From contig JBNGIO010006010.1 of the NCBI GenBank assembly GCA_049999805.1, positions 1-64,000 on the forward strand: 64,000 nt of DNA, written 5' to 3'. The number at the start of each line of letters is the position of its first letter. Within the stretch, counting starts at the first letter, position 1. Source of the DNA: Folioceros fuciformis (taxonomy: Eukaryota). The notes below the pieces were generated by a model that worked only from the letters and a program-made list of their open reading frames with translations, was not told where the DNA came from and ran no database searches. Below are positions 53,501 to 64,000 of the stretch, piece after piece. The translations under genes and the position numbers were made by a program.

Positions 53501-54984
53501 AACTGGCTGACCAGGTTTTCCTGTTCCCTGCCTACTGCTGGGTGTAGCAGTCAAAGGCTTGAATGGAGCGTCGCCACTGCCACCAGACAAAGGTATTGGA
53601 GAGATATCTGGATCTTCGCTAAGCGCCATAGACGACAAAACTGCTGAATTTGGTCTCTCCTGATGCTCACTTGGTGAAGCTGGTCTGTCCTGTTTGACAA
53701 GTCAATCTTAAGCACGCATCTACCAACATCAAAAAACAAAGAGAATGAATGCTAAAAGAAAATCTAAGTCTTGATGGGCCAGAATGATCAGGAATGACAA
53801 ACCTGAATGTGGAAATGCAGATTAAGTCGAGGTACCAAGCGATGGAAAGCAACCTCGCCGCTGCCTTGGATTTTGCCTAGATTGGGGTCCAAGCAGGTGG
53901 CTGCATCATTTGTTGAGTCACCATCACAATGACCTCCTGTTTCCTGCCGGTCTTTCGACCTTGCCAGTGAATCCTGTTCCATACATTTGTTCCAAGCACA
54001 GGACGTTTGACCTCCAGCCTCTTCCCTCTCTCTCCAAAACACAAGGTAAAGTGATGTGTTCACATCAAATCCTAAGACTACACAAGGCCGCCAACAACAA
54101 GAACCATCCGGAGAGCAATATAAACACTCAGCAACTGAAGGTAGCTTCACAGCTTGTGCCTCACATTGTGTACCCATGGTGGCCTCTAATGCACTGTCTA
54201 CATCCCACCTCTTCGGAGGGCAGCTTTTGGGTCCGAGAACGGGAGTTTCCCTTTTTTTCTCTGAAAGGATTCTGTTATGAAACTCCACTTTTCTGCTTCT
54301 CCTTGGACGACAGTCATCACCTATAGCTGTCAGGCTTCCATCACTCTGACGGCGTTTCTTATGGACCGCTCGCTCTTCCTGAAGCAAGATTTCGGGCACT
54401 GGAATTCCAATAGCAGCATACGACTGACGCCTGTCCAGCCTAGCTTTAATAGCTATGTCCGATGGTGTCCAAGCCGCAATCTCCTCTTGTTGAGCCAGAA
54501 AAAATGATACGTTGATGGGATGCAAAGCCGATGCTTTTTGGCTCTTGGTGCCCACAACCGTGTAGGAGTGCTTCCGGGATGTTCCGGTTAGGCCAGCCTG
54601 AGAAAGAGCCAGAGCATTCTCCACAGTCACGTTACCGAGCAGATGTTGAAAGAGGAGCCCAGCAGGGAGGCGGTTCTCCTTCGTTGCGGACCGGGCCCTG
54701 AGACTACTTTCAGTGCCACTGTCTGCCGTAGAGCCATGGAGCCAAGAACTGGGATCCTGAACATCCCTACGTCTGCTGACACGATTTGTCATCCCCCTCG
54801 GTGATGCAGAAAAGGCACGTGCAGCTGGGTGGCCGTCTCTGCTAGTAGGCCGGCAGGCTTGATCTGCAAGATTCTTCGAGCCTGCTTGTCCACCACTAGT
54901 AAAAATGGGTGAGGAACTGGGCCTAGTCTCCTCACAAAAGGAGACACTGCGTTTCACGTGTTTGATAGGTCCCGGGTCAGCCAT
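35566..54984 (-). CDS. Axonemal (inner-arm, DNAH1-like) dynein heavy chain, highly divergent, multi-exon
   Basis: [13 protein letters not shown] linker; [14 protein letters not shown]1 [16 protein letters not shown] and [18 protein letters not shown]2 GGSGAGKT and [12 protein letters not shown]3 GVAGCGKT and FIDDLN; AAA4 [15 protein letters not shown]; stalk [12 protein letters not shown]5 [12 protein letters not shown]6 LLQNCH and FRLWLT; C-terminus [10 protein letters not shown]...[11 protein letters not shown], stop at 35566-35568. N-terminal [10 protein letters not shown]...YLV and VPRLNLHF motifs resemble DNAH1-type tails. Not every junction was verified and the start codon is inferred. 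Confidence 0.92.
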
Positions 54985-56079
54985 CTTCTTGGCCTTGTGA
55001 GGCGACGGTATTACATTACACAGGCTGAGTGGTCATCTTGTCCGGGCACCTGGAACTCCTCAGCGAACCAGTTGCTCCTCCCTGTCCTAGATATAGTTCA
55101 TCCACGCCACTCATCCAGGTCACGGGATTCACCTCGATCAGGACCATTACAGTCCTGCACTCCAGAAACACTTGGGCAGATTAGACGGCAGATTGTCCGT
55201 TAGGAACACGACTTTCACGAGCAGAAACTCCAGGCTGTGTGTCATGAGAAGACTACGCAGAAGGTGTAGGACATGCGAAGGCGAGAAGGAAAGCCCACAG
55301 ACATTGGAAGCACATCCGCCCTGAAAGCTGGCGTGCTCATGTATCGAGTTTCTCGAGTTCCACTGGCCACAGCGCCACATGCGAATGAAATAGCATGACG
55401 TGGCAAATGGGCAGTTAGGTCGAACCGGGTATAAATTTCTCTTCAGAAAGCCTATTCAGAAAGGCTATATTTCCAGTGACAGTGCGTCATTCAGGTGGAA
55501 AACTTTTAGTTGTTGGACCCATCAAATTACAAGCAACCGATGCGCAGGTTCGAAGGAGGTTGGCCAGTGGGTGACTTAGGTGGCACCTTCGCAAATGAAA
55601 AAAGAGAACGTTCCCAAACACTGCCAATTGATTAGATAGGTACAATAGATTCGAGCCACACAGACAACGACCCTGAGAGAGAGGTCCCTAGGTGTTTCCG
55701 AGAGGAGGGATTAACCAGCAGCGGAAAATAATAAAAAAAGGGTGCATGAAATTTCAGGCAAGCACTTCGGTGTCGTCTCTCCGCCTTGCAGCCCCAAGGA
55801 GGTCCTGCAGAGTCTCGAATGGCAGCCATCCACACATCCACAACGTGAGGGGGAACGTTCCTCCGATGCAGCAACCAAACAGCTTCAAGGAGGCGGGGAA
55901 TCGATTCCTCGCTCGTGCTACTGCTGCCCGATGCCTGAAAGCAAACAAAAGAATCATGGTCTGCAGCGTAGAGGGACGTCATCTACCGACATCCAACAGG
56001 TACATGATGCTCACCTCAGCACATTCCCACGAGACCTGCGCGCGCCCTAGTATTTGATACAAGTGCTACAACCCGAAAC

Positions 56080-56679
56080 CTATTTCTTAGAAGTCCCGAA
56101 GCCTCCGAACCCCATCATGGACGACATCTCCGCATCGATCTCATCGGCCGTCTCCTCTTCGGGGGCCTTGTCCTTCTTCTTCTCCTTTTTCTTCTCCCGC
56201 CGCTGCCGCTTCCGCTCCTCCTCCTCTTCCTGCTGCTTCAGCACTCTAGCCTCCAGCTCCTCGGCCGAGAACCCCGGCTGCTCCTTCTTCCTCTTCAGCT
56301 TGCCGAACCGTTCCTGCACCTGCTGCAACGTGGCTCTCTCCACGCGCATGGACATCCCCAGGGCCCTCTGGTGCTTCTTGCCATTGATGTGGTCCAGGTA
56401 ATTGGCCGAGTCCTTGACCACGCACTCGCATACGCTGCAGTAGTAGCCTGCCTGTTGGCTCAGAGGTGCAACCTGCGTCACCACCTGCGTCTTCCCCAAC
56501 CGGGCTGTCAGATCAACTTCATAGTCCCTGTGCTTCAGCGGCTTGCGCTGCACAGGAGGGCCCCTCGCCTTGGGCCTGTGCCTGTCCTCCTCCTCCCGAT
56601 CCCTATCTCGAGCCCGTTCGCTGTACTCATCTCGGTTCCACTTCCTCCGAAATGTGTTGTCCACGCCGCTGGCGGTCAT
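56080..56679 (-). CDS. ZMAT2: Zinc finger matrin-type protein 2 (Snu23, U4/U6.U5 tri-snRNP-associated), intronless, 199 aa
   Basis: MTASGVDNTFRRKW..., GYYCSVCECVVKDSANYLDHINGKKHQRALGMSM, K/E/R-rich tail and terminal MMGFGGFGTSKK. Confidence 0.95.
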   Translation of the reverse strand: MTASGVDNTFRRKWNRDEYSERARDRDREEEDRHRPKARGPPVQRKPLKHRDYEVDLTARLGKTQVVTQVAPLSQQAGYYCSVCECVVKDSANYLDHINGKKHQRALGMSMRVERATLQQVQERFGKLKRKKEQPGFSAEELEARVLKQQEEEEERKRQRREKKKEKKKDKAPEEETADEIDAEMSSMMGFGGFGTSKK

Positions 56680-57599
56680 AATACTGGCACGAAGGGCTCC
56701 TGCTTCCCAAGATCGCACTCCTCCTCTAGCGCGGGAATCCTTCAGTCGCTCCCAGAGGCTAGCCTGCGCCCCTCAAACCCATACATGATTTCACCACCCC
56801 TTCGCCCTAGACGCAAATACATATTTGTAACTAAATTGCACAAAGCCCTTCGTGCGCCACGAATTCCTCGCTTTTACAGTCTTCTCTCACGCAATCCACG
56901 ATCGAGTTCATGTACGACTGTACTGCGTCTCCTCTTTCCTTCACTTTCCGTGGAAATGTCCCACCACCTTGTTGAGTATGAAAAAAAAATGAAAAACGCC
57001 ATTTTTTCGGTTGTTTTGTCTTGGCACAATACAATGCCAGCAATAACCGCACACTTAGTTCACGAAGGAAGAATTATATTTGTGGGCCAGGTCATACCTA
57101 CATACTCCAAGCCAAAAATAATAATAGTTTTATAATTTTACTCAAATATTTATCTATATTATTAGCTTACAAATTAATGTACAATTATTAGCAATCATGT
57201 TGGGTGTCCTTGTGTATGTAGCAAGCAAAGCCGGTCATTGGCATTGGTGTTCAAGATAATTGGGCAGTATATAGACATATGCTAGAAGCTCATCATTCTT
57301 TGACCAACAGCTCATAGCCTTATAGGCTCATGCAATGATGCAATATTTAATTCTTTGACCAACAGCTCATAGGCTTATAGGCTCATGCAGTGATGCAATA
57401 TTTAAGAGAAGAATGCGAATTTAAAAAGACACATGCAATGTTTAAGAGAAGAATGTGTATTTCAAAAGCCAACCATCTGACCATGTGTGCCAAGCTTAGT
57501 CTTGTACTCACAACTCGAGATACTTCGTACATGTGCCACTTCATAAAGTTCCTATGTCCTTACTTATGCTTGGAGGAGATGACAGATTGTGGAGATCTC

Positions 57600-58250
57600 T
57601 TTGGATACAGAACATCTATTATATGTGTATGTATTCTCCAATTTTGTGTAGCCTTGGTGCAAACCTTACATGATATCCATATTTCAAGCCATCTATGGCT
57701 CGTATGCAGAGGTATCCTAACCAATTTGGGGCCGTGGATGGAAGCCACATACTGATCATAGGACCCTTTGTCAACAAGGTGGACTATTACAGCCGCAAGG
57801 GCTTTTACTCTCAGTTGCTACAACTTACGGTCTTTACCCATTGTTATGTATGGGATTACGATTTCAGCTGTGCAAGTAGCCTCCATGATTGGAACTCGTT
57901 CAAGTGTACCACACTTGGGCATATGTGTGATCATGGTAAGCTAGGACAAGATAGTTTGGTGGGTGATGTAGGGTACTGGCCTTATATTTACATGTTCACA
58001 CTATATAGAGGCTCGAGAGATGGATTTTCACAGATACAGCAGAATTGGAACTTTGTCTAGAGTAGTACTTGTAGGGCTATAGAGCTTGTGTTTAGCATGT
58101 TAAAAGCTCATTTTAGGTGCCTTCTCAAACAGCTGGACATAAAACATAAATTTTCCTAAGGTGGTGCAAGTAAGTCTTATCATACATAACATGTGCATAC
58201 AAGAAAAGGATAGTTTTGATAATGCATAGCTTGAAGAGGCAATTCACAAT
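57600..58250 (+). mobile_element. PIF/Harbinger transposase (HARBI1-like DDE) remnant
   Basis: FGAVDGSHILI...YYSRKGFYS...SLHDWNSF...LVGDVGY...WNFV*SSTCRAIELVFSMLKAHFRCL. Confidence 0.88.
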
Positions 58251-58719
58251 TGTGAAAGTAGTGTACTTGGTGATATGGAGACAAAAGCTTGTACTATGGC
58301 AAGGGAATCTTTGTTTGAAATCAGTGGAGTAATAGCTCGCCATGCCATGCCCTCAGTTCATAGTGCTGGTACTTATGACCACGAGGATAAAAACAAGCTT
58401 GAGCTTTCTAACTATGCAGAAGGCGTTCGAAGAACTTCTACCATCGCACATGCCCTGTATAGTGCAAATATGCATGAGAGAATCATGAACACTTTTCCGA
58501 ATGACCGAAAGCATGAGTAAGAATGAATAGAGCGTAAGGGACAGTGAGTGAGAGTGAATAAAGTGTAAGTTAGAGTGAGTGAGAGTAAATAGAGTATAAG
58601 TAAGAGTGAATAGATTTAAGTGAGAGTGATTAAGAGTGCAAGTGAGAGTGATGGAGAGTGAGTAGCATGTAAGTGAGAGTGAGTACAGTATAAGGCTAGG
58701 AAGGTGCTATCATTTCATA

Positions 58720-59260
58720 TTACTTGTTTCCTAGAGCACTTGCCAAGATAGTAATGGCTTGAGTCAAGCTAGGTAATAAAGCAATTTTCTGGCTTTCAAT
58801 ATTTTCTACGTTGCTCGTAAGGCTCTCCAAAAGTTGTATAGCGGACATATGATTATCTATGTCTTCATCATTGTGAGACCTTGACCATTTCTTAGCTTTC
58901 GTGGTTTGCCTATCTTAAGAACTAGGTGTACTTGAATGCCCATCAACACCGCTTGGCTTTTGTGCTTGTGAACAACATGAGGGATTATGTGATGAGCCTC
59001 CATGGTCTTCCTCATGTGAACCACTTGTTCGTGAGCCCGAATGCGAATTCAAATGACTTCTTGGAGAACAAACCACATGAGCTCTTTCTCTCATGTACCT
59101 GTCTACAAGATCAAAACAAAGACACTTATCAGACCTGGCATTCCCCGAAATACCATCCAGGGCCTTACTATGCTTGTAATCGTTGTAGATTATTTTTCAT
59201 TTTTGTTGGCATGTTTCTCCATTCTTGTCAAATTCGGGATAGATACAAGATAACTTGATT
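58720..59260 (-). mobile_element. Myb/SANT-like (trihelix) accessory ORF remnant of the Harbinger element, convergent with the transposase
   Basis: Manual translation: FDKNGETCQQK*KIIYNDYKHSKALDGISGNARSDKCLCFDLVDRYM..., a Ser-rich linker and a coiled-coil-like end; the stop sits where the conserved W of C-x-x-K-W is expected. Confidence 0.65.
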
Positions 59261-60028
59261 ACCAGCTTATTTCATACATCCATGCATGTACAGTGCGAGG
59301 AGACCGGGTGAGAAGGAAGTATGATCAGAAATGAGAAGTAGAGTCACTGTAGGTAATGAGGAATCGTACCTTGTTTGGGAGTTTTGTTAAACTCTCCTTA
59401 TAATCCTCTTCGAACATGAATAAGGTTGACAATATGATGGTCCTTCCTCAATTTCCCTTGAGCGCCCAATTGTTGTTTGCGTAGTAGTAGCATTATCCAA
59501 CTCCTTTGGCACAAGCTTTCACATGGCTTCTTGGTAGCAAGTGGTGGTGGTGTAGCGGATGGTAAGCTTTCAGTAGTGGAAGTAGAAGGAGCTCGATGCA
59601 ACTTGACCTTCTCTTGTTGAAGACCTTAGCTCTCCGCTCTCTGACTATCCTTTAGATGATGTGGAGGAGCTTGATGCTGAACCTGCAGCACCAATCTAAG
59701 ACATTCAACAAGCTAATAAGCTTGATCTTGATAATCCAGTTATTCTAGCTGTAGAAGACGCTGATATACCTGATCCTGAAGATATTAACTTAGAGCCTGG
59801 TCATTTTCCAACTGTTGTAGAGGCTTGAGACCATGACTTTTTACCTACAGATACTAAGCCAACTCCTCTTGGGCTTGTTAAGGCTCTTGCTCCTAAGTCG
59901 GAGCCCGTCCCAAGGCATTTTTCTTGCCACTATCCTTCCCCTTCTGAGTGGAAAGAACTTCCATACACCTTCATTGATTTTCGCACCCATGTGGTTCTAG
60001 GCCTTGCCCCCACCTCAGTTCTCCCTAA

Positions 60029-60880
60029 AGAGCCTACCACTCTTACCCAAGCCCATAGCATTCTAGATAACGTGTAGTGGAAGACTGCAGTAGAGAAGGA
60101 ATACTAATCCTTTGTTAAGAATAAGACCTAGATATTTGCAAACCTTCCACCTAGACACATGACCATCTATTGCAAATGAACTTTCAAGTTGAAACTCAAC
60201 GCCAAGGGTAAGGTTACAAGGTTCAGTGCAAAATTGGTCACCAAAGGCTTCAATCAAGTGGAGGACATTAACTACGAGGAGACTTTCTTACCAGTGGTTT
60301 GCAGCCAATCCAATAGCCTAATCCTGACATATGCAATAAAATTTGACTTTGACTTTGAACACATGGACGTGTGTACCGCATCCTTGTATAGCGCCTTGGA
60401 TGAGAAGCTTTATATACTCCAGCCAGAGGCACATGAAGATCCTGCACATCCACACAAGATGTTAAGACTTCTTAAGTGCATCCATGGGTTGAAGCAAAGT
60501 GGAAGAGTTTGGTATATTACCATGCACCTATATCTCCAAAGTATCAAATTTGGTCAGTATCACTAATACAAATATTTACAAACTTATTCAAAGGCTCCTC
60601 CATAGTTCTTCTGATCTTGTATGTAAATGATCTCATCCTCGCTACGAATGACCAGAAATTACAATCAAAAGTTAAAAAGAAGCTTCACAACAGGTTTGAT
60701 ATGAAGGATATAGGCACACTGAAGTATTGCCTAGGTATCCAATTACTACGTGTATCCAATTCTAGACTCATGTTCATACACCAATATAAGTACATAAATA
60801 AGATATTAAGGAAGTTCAACCCAAACCAGTCTAGGCTCGCCTCTACACTCTATGCAATAAGAACTAAGCTCATACGATAG
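60029..60880 (+). mobile_element. Ty1/Copia reverse transcriptase remnant
   Basis: EPTTLTQA, RFSAKLVTKGFNQVEDINYEETFLPV, HMDVCTASLYS, LKCIHGLKQSGRVWY, LILYVNDLIL, FDMKDIG; frameshifted. Confidence 0.92.
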
Positions 60881-61744
60881 TAGTGTTTGACATGAAGAGA
60901 TATCATGGGATACCGGGTGAAGGCATAAGGCTCTGCAAACATTACAAACACACCCATGGCGTTTTGTAGCTTGGCAATGACAGTGCTACTCATGATCAGT
61001 AACAAACCTAACCTGATGACACAAGATACTCTTTAAATTCATAAAGAACATTAACCACCATTGACCCAATCATTCTAGGGGCTGGCAAGCTCCTCAATCT
61101 TTAGAAAACAGGCCATACGGTAGTAGAGGGCGCCCTTCATTGGTCCCAAAATCATTCTGCAACCGTGACAACGAACACATGTTTTTGTCAATCGGGAGCC
61201 ATCCAAGATTTCTGAATCAAGGTACACTCTTTTCCACCCACGACGTAATTTCCCTTAATCTAGGAGGCACACTCGACCGCTTGGGCGAGAAGACGTGATG
61301 CTTAGGAAGCTGCCCAACTTGTAGAGGGGCAAAGGGCGCCAAAGAGTTGAGCAGCATGGGAGATGAAGGCCTTAACGGTGCAGCTGGAAGAAGCCACTCA
61401 ATTGATGGGAGTCGTGACAAGCATGCTATCAAAGGATTGAGGGTGGATGCGTCGTAGATGGGCAATTGGATCAAATGTTGAGGCTTCGTTCGCCTCCTAT
61501 ACACCTTATTGAATGTTTATGGTTTGTTGTTTGCGCAAACAGGTACCATGTTTCACATGCTAGCTTCATACATATGATGCACATCGCTAAGGTATCACTA
61601 ACTAATTATGCCACGACTTTTTGCCTGTGTGATGTCTGCAAATGTCTAAAACAGATATGTCGAGAGGTTCTGATGAAATAGCGGCCAGGAACGAAGTTCA
61701 AGGCTTGCACAGGCCTGGCCACTACATAAGTCACCAAATGTCCT

Positions 61745-62480
61745 CATGGATCAAAATATGCAAAGAAGTCGCATAAGCATAGCCCGTGCATGTGTAGGTA
61801 GTGAGAGTGCTTAGGTAGTCCCTTAGTCAGAATATCTGCTGTGTTCGATTCTGTACTGATGTATCCCACCTTGATCATACCGCGGGAGACCACATCCCTA
61901 ATAAAGTGATGCTGGATCTCTACGTATTTAGTCCAATAAAGTGATGCTGGATCTCTACGTATTTAGTCCAAGCGTGAAAGGTGGGTTTAGCCACTAACTC
62001 AAGTGCTAATGTGTTATCATAGAGAATCAAGATGGGTTGAGCATGTTCCTAACGAAGGTGTGTTAGGAACTACGCTCCCACTCTGCTTCCTTGGCTACCT
62101 TAATGAGGGATTTATACTTAGCCTCCCTGGAGCTAAGGGCGATTATGGTTTGCTTTTTGCTACTTCAGGTGATAGGTGCTGAAGCAAGCAAGAAGCAGAA
62201 CGTGAATAGGCTTCTCCTTGGATCAGAGTATGATGCCCAATCAGGGTCTACAAATCCAGCTAAGGCGAGTTACTGCAGGCCACTTTGTTTATACATTAGT
62301 TCATAGTGAATTGTGCCTTTAAGATAGCGGAAGATTCGCTCACCTACAGTCTAGTGGGTCATTCTAGAATTTTCCAGAAATTAGGATATAGTATTGATTG
62401 AATATTGGATGTCAGGCCTAGTCCAATTGGCAACAAAGATTAGGCTGCCTACTACACGCTTACAAGGTACACCTTACATA
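61745..62480 (-). mobile_element. Ty1/Copia RT-end/RNase H remnant in opposite orientation
   Basis: Minus-strand translation: VGSLIFVANWTRPDI, RIFRYLKGT, GFVDPDWAS, SSKKQTIIALSSREAKY, TKYVEIQHHFIRD, NTADILTKGL. Confidence 0.88.
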
Positions 62481-63542
62481 TCCTTCCACTCGTCAGGTAT
62501 TTCGGATGCGTTATGAGCTCCTCGTCAGTGCTTGCTCTTCCTTCTCCTCTTCACGATTTTGACACTAGGTGAATGAGAATGAATAGCGCGAGCTTTGTCC
62601 CAGCTTCTGCCATCTCTAAGTGCAGCCCTATGACCCCTCTCGATGTTCGAACAAGCTCAATTGTGCCATTAACTCGAGCATGAAGGGCATCCTCTACAGT
62701 ATGTGGCCCTATTTCTCATTAGCCGCTTCAAGTCTCGTTTAAGAGGGGGTGTTAGGCGCGCTGGCTATGAGTTTACACACAATTTCATACGGTATTCTCG
62801 GGTGAACCGGGCTTTTTGTGCGAAAGGCATGAAATGATCTCGGCCAATAAGAATGTCTGGATTTTTCCACCATCGCCAGCCTTAGTTGGAGAGGCCTCGA
62901 GGACGTTTGCTACAACTTTGACCTTGCATTATCTTGAGAGTGTGTTAGAGCAACCTGCATAAAAACTCTCGCTGAATCAAGGGAACGAGATTTTCCCTAA
63001 GCTCGCATCAACACCGCAACCCAACCAACCAAAGAGATTTTCAGTAAAAAGATCATTCCATTTCCCACTTCCCCGCATATGGGCACTTCAAACGGGTCCC
63101 GTCTCGGAGGATGAGGTTGATTCCAGTTCGACTGCCGAATACACTGTTTGACTCCTCTATCGTAGTAAGCCACTTCTATTACACTCTTCTTATTTTGATT
63201 TAGTTTTACTAGACCACTTCTATCACCACAAAGTTCACGGACTCGTGGCGGAAAAACTACCGACAGTTTGGGCGGGGACCTCTCCAACATATATTACTGT
63301 ATGTTTTGTGCAAGGGAGGCGAGAGCCCGACAACGCCGGCTGCTTGTCCTGATGGCGGCGCCGTTCCTTTCGTTTTGCCTCGGAGATGTATTCCCGCCGG
63401 CGCCTGTCCATCGTCTGCTTGCGAAGCTCTTTGCGAGACGTCTGGGATCTTCCAGGACGATCGGACAACCCGGTGGAAGAAGTCGGATTCGGAGCCGGGA
63501 TCGGGGTCGGCGGGAGAGCCAGTCCCATCCAGCGCAGTGGAA

Positions 63543-64000
63543 ATGGGATACCTGGACACAGCAGCGTTGCTGGAGGCGCCGAGGCTGGCGGTGACGGTGA
63601 AGGGGGGGGTTGGGAGTAGAGCAGCTCAAATTCATGCTCGGAGAGCAGACGAAGTACGTCGACCACTTCTTGGCCAACCTGGACTACAGGCAGGTGGTGG
63701 CCTTCACGCAGCTGTGCCTGGATATCGATGGGACAAATCTTCTTCTCTGGCCTGTGGAAGAGCGGCTTCATCGCGCAGAAAATCTCGCAGACGCTCCTGT
63801 CCACGGGCAGCAGATCAGGGTTCCTGTGTCCCCTGGACGCGCTGCACGGCGACATTGGGATCTTGAGCCCGAAGGACTTTTGATGCTGAGCAAGGGCGGG
63901 AGCACGGAGTAGCTCTGCAGGCTGGTGCCATGCGCCAGGGTCAAGGGCGCGTACGTTGTTGGAATTTCCTCGCTCAAGAATTGCCGCCTCTCGCGGCTGT
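63543..64000 (+). pseudogene. SETH3: Arabinose-5-phosphate isomerase (KpsF/GutQ, SIS domain) pseudogene, truncated by the window end
   Basis: Stitching frames: MGYLD...(fs)[31 protein letters not shown](fs)[47 protein letters not shown](fs)[24 protein letters not shown]; three frameshifts and a TAG at 63910-63912. Confidence 0.88.

Noticed and set aside
33800-54984. Idea that the methyltransferase relic and the dynein form a sperm-specific gene cluster
   Set aside because: The MTase is dead and sits among unrelated TE debris; adjacency alone is not evidence of functional linkage.
56371-57135. 254-aa plus-strand ORF overlapping ZMAT2
   Set aside because: Antisense shadow of a GC-rich CDS with no motif; same reasoning applies to antisense ORFs over OSCP, BTPC and dynein.
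62741-62950. Polypurine tract followed by TGTT (possible LTR starts at ~62750 and ~62943)
   Set aside because: No matching second LTR was found in the window, so boundaries cannot be supported.
63235-63855. 206-aa minus-strand ORF
   Set aside because: Shadow of the GC-rich arabinose-5-phosphate isomerase pseudogene on the + strand.

Overview
Eukaryotic nuclear DNA with GT-AG introns, most likely from a compact-genome land plant with flagellated sperm (bryophyte, lycophyte or fern). This is inferred from an axonemal dynein occurring together with plant-type genes. Apparently intact genes: mitochondrial ATP synthase OSCP (-) head-to-head with tRNA deaminase subunit TAD3 (+), a bacterial-type PEP carboxylase (BTPC/PPC4, -), a BTB/POZ protein (-), a choline-transporter-like protein (+), a ~19.4 kb divergent inner-arm-type dynein heavy chain (-), and an intronless ZMAT2/Snu23 (-). 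Mobile and decayed DNA: a complete Mutator-like element (13597-18170; ~200 bp TIRs, 9-bp TSD) carrying a convergent RPA1-C-like OB-fold ORF, an inverted and internally deleted dynein pseudogene, an F-box fragment, a CRE-like LINE fragment, a small Helitron-like element, a two-ORF PIF/Harbinger relic, Copia fragments and a frameshifted arabinose-5-phosphate isomerase pseudogene. The most unexpected signal is a decayed bacterial-like beta-class amino-DNA methyltransferase (N6A/N4C type) at ~33.8-34.5 kb, most of which is missing from the ORF track. All assignments come from manual translation and motif recognition; no searches were run.
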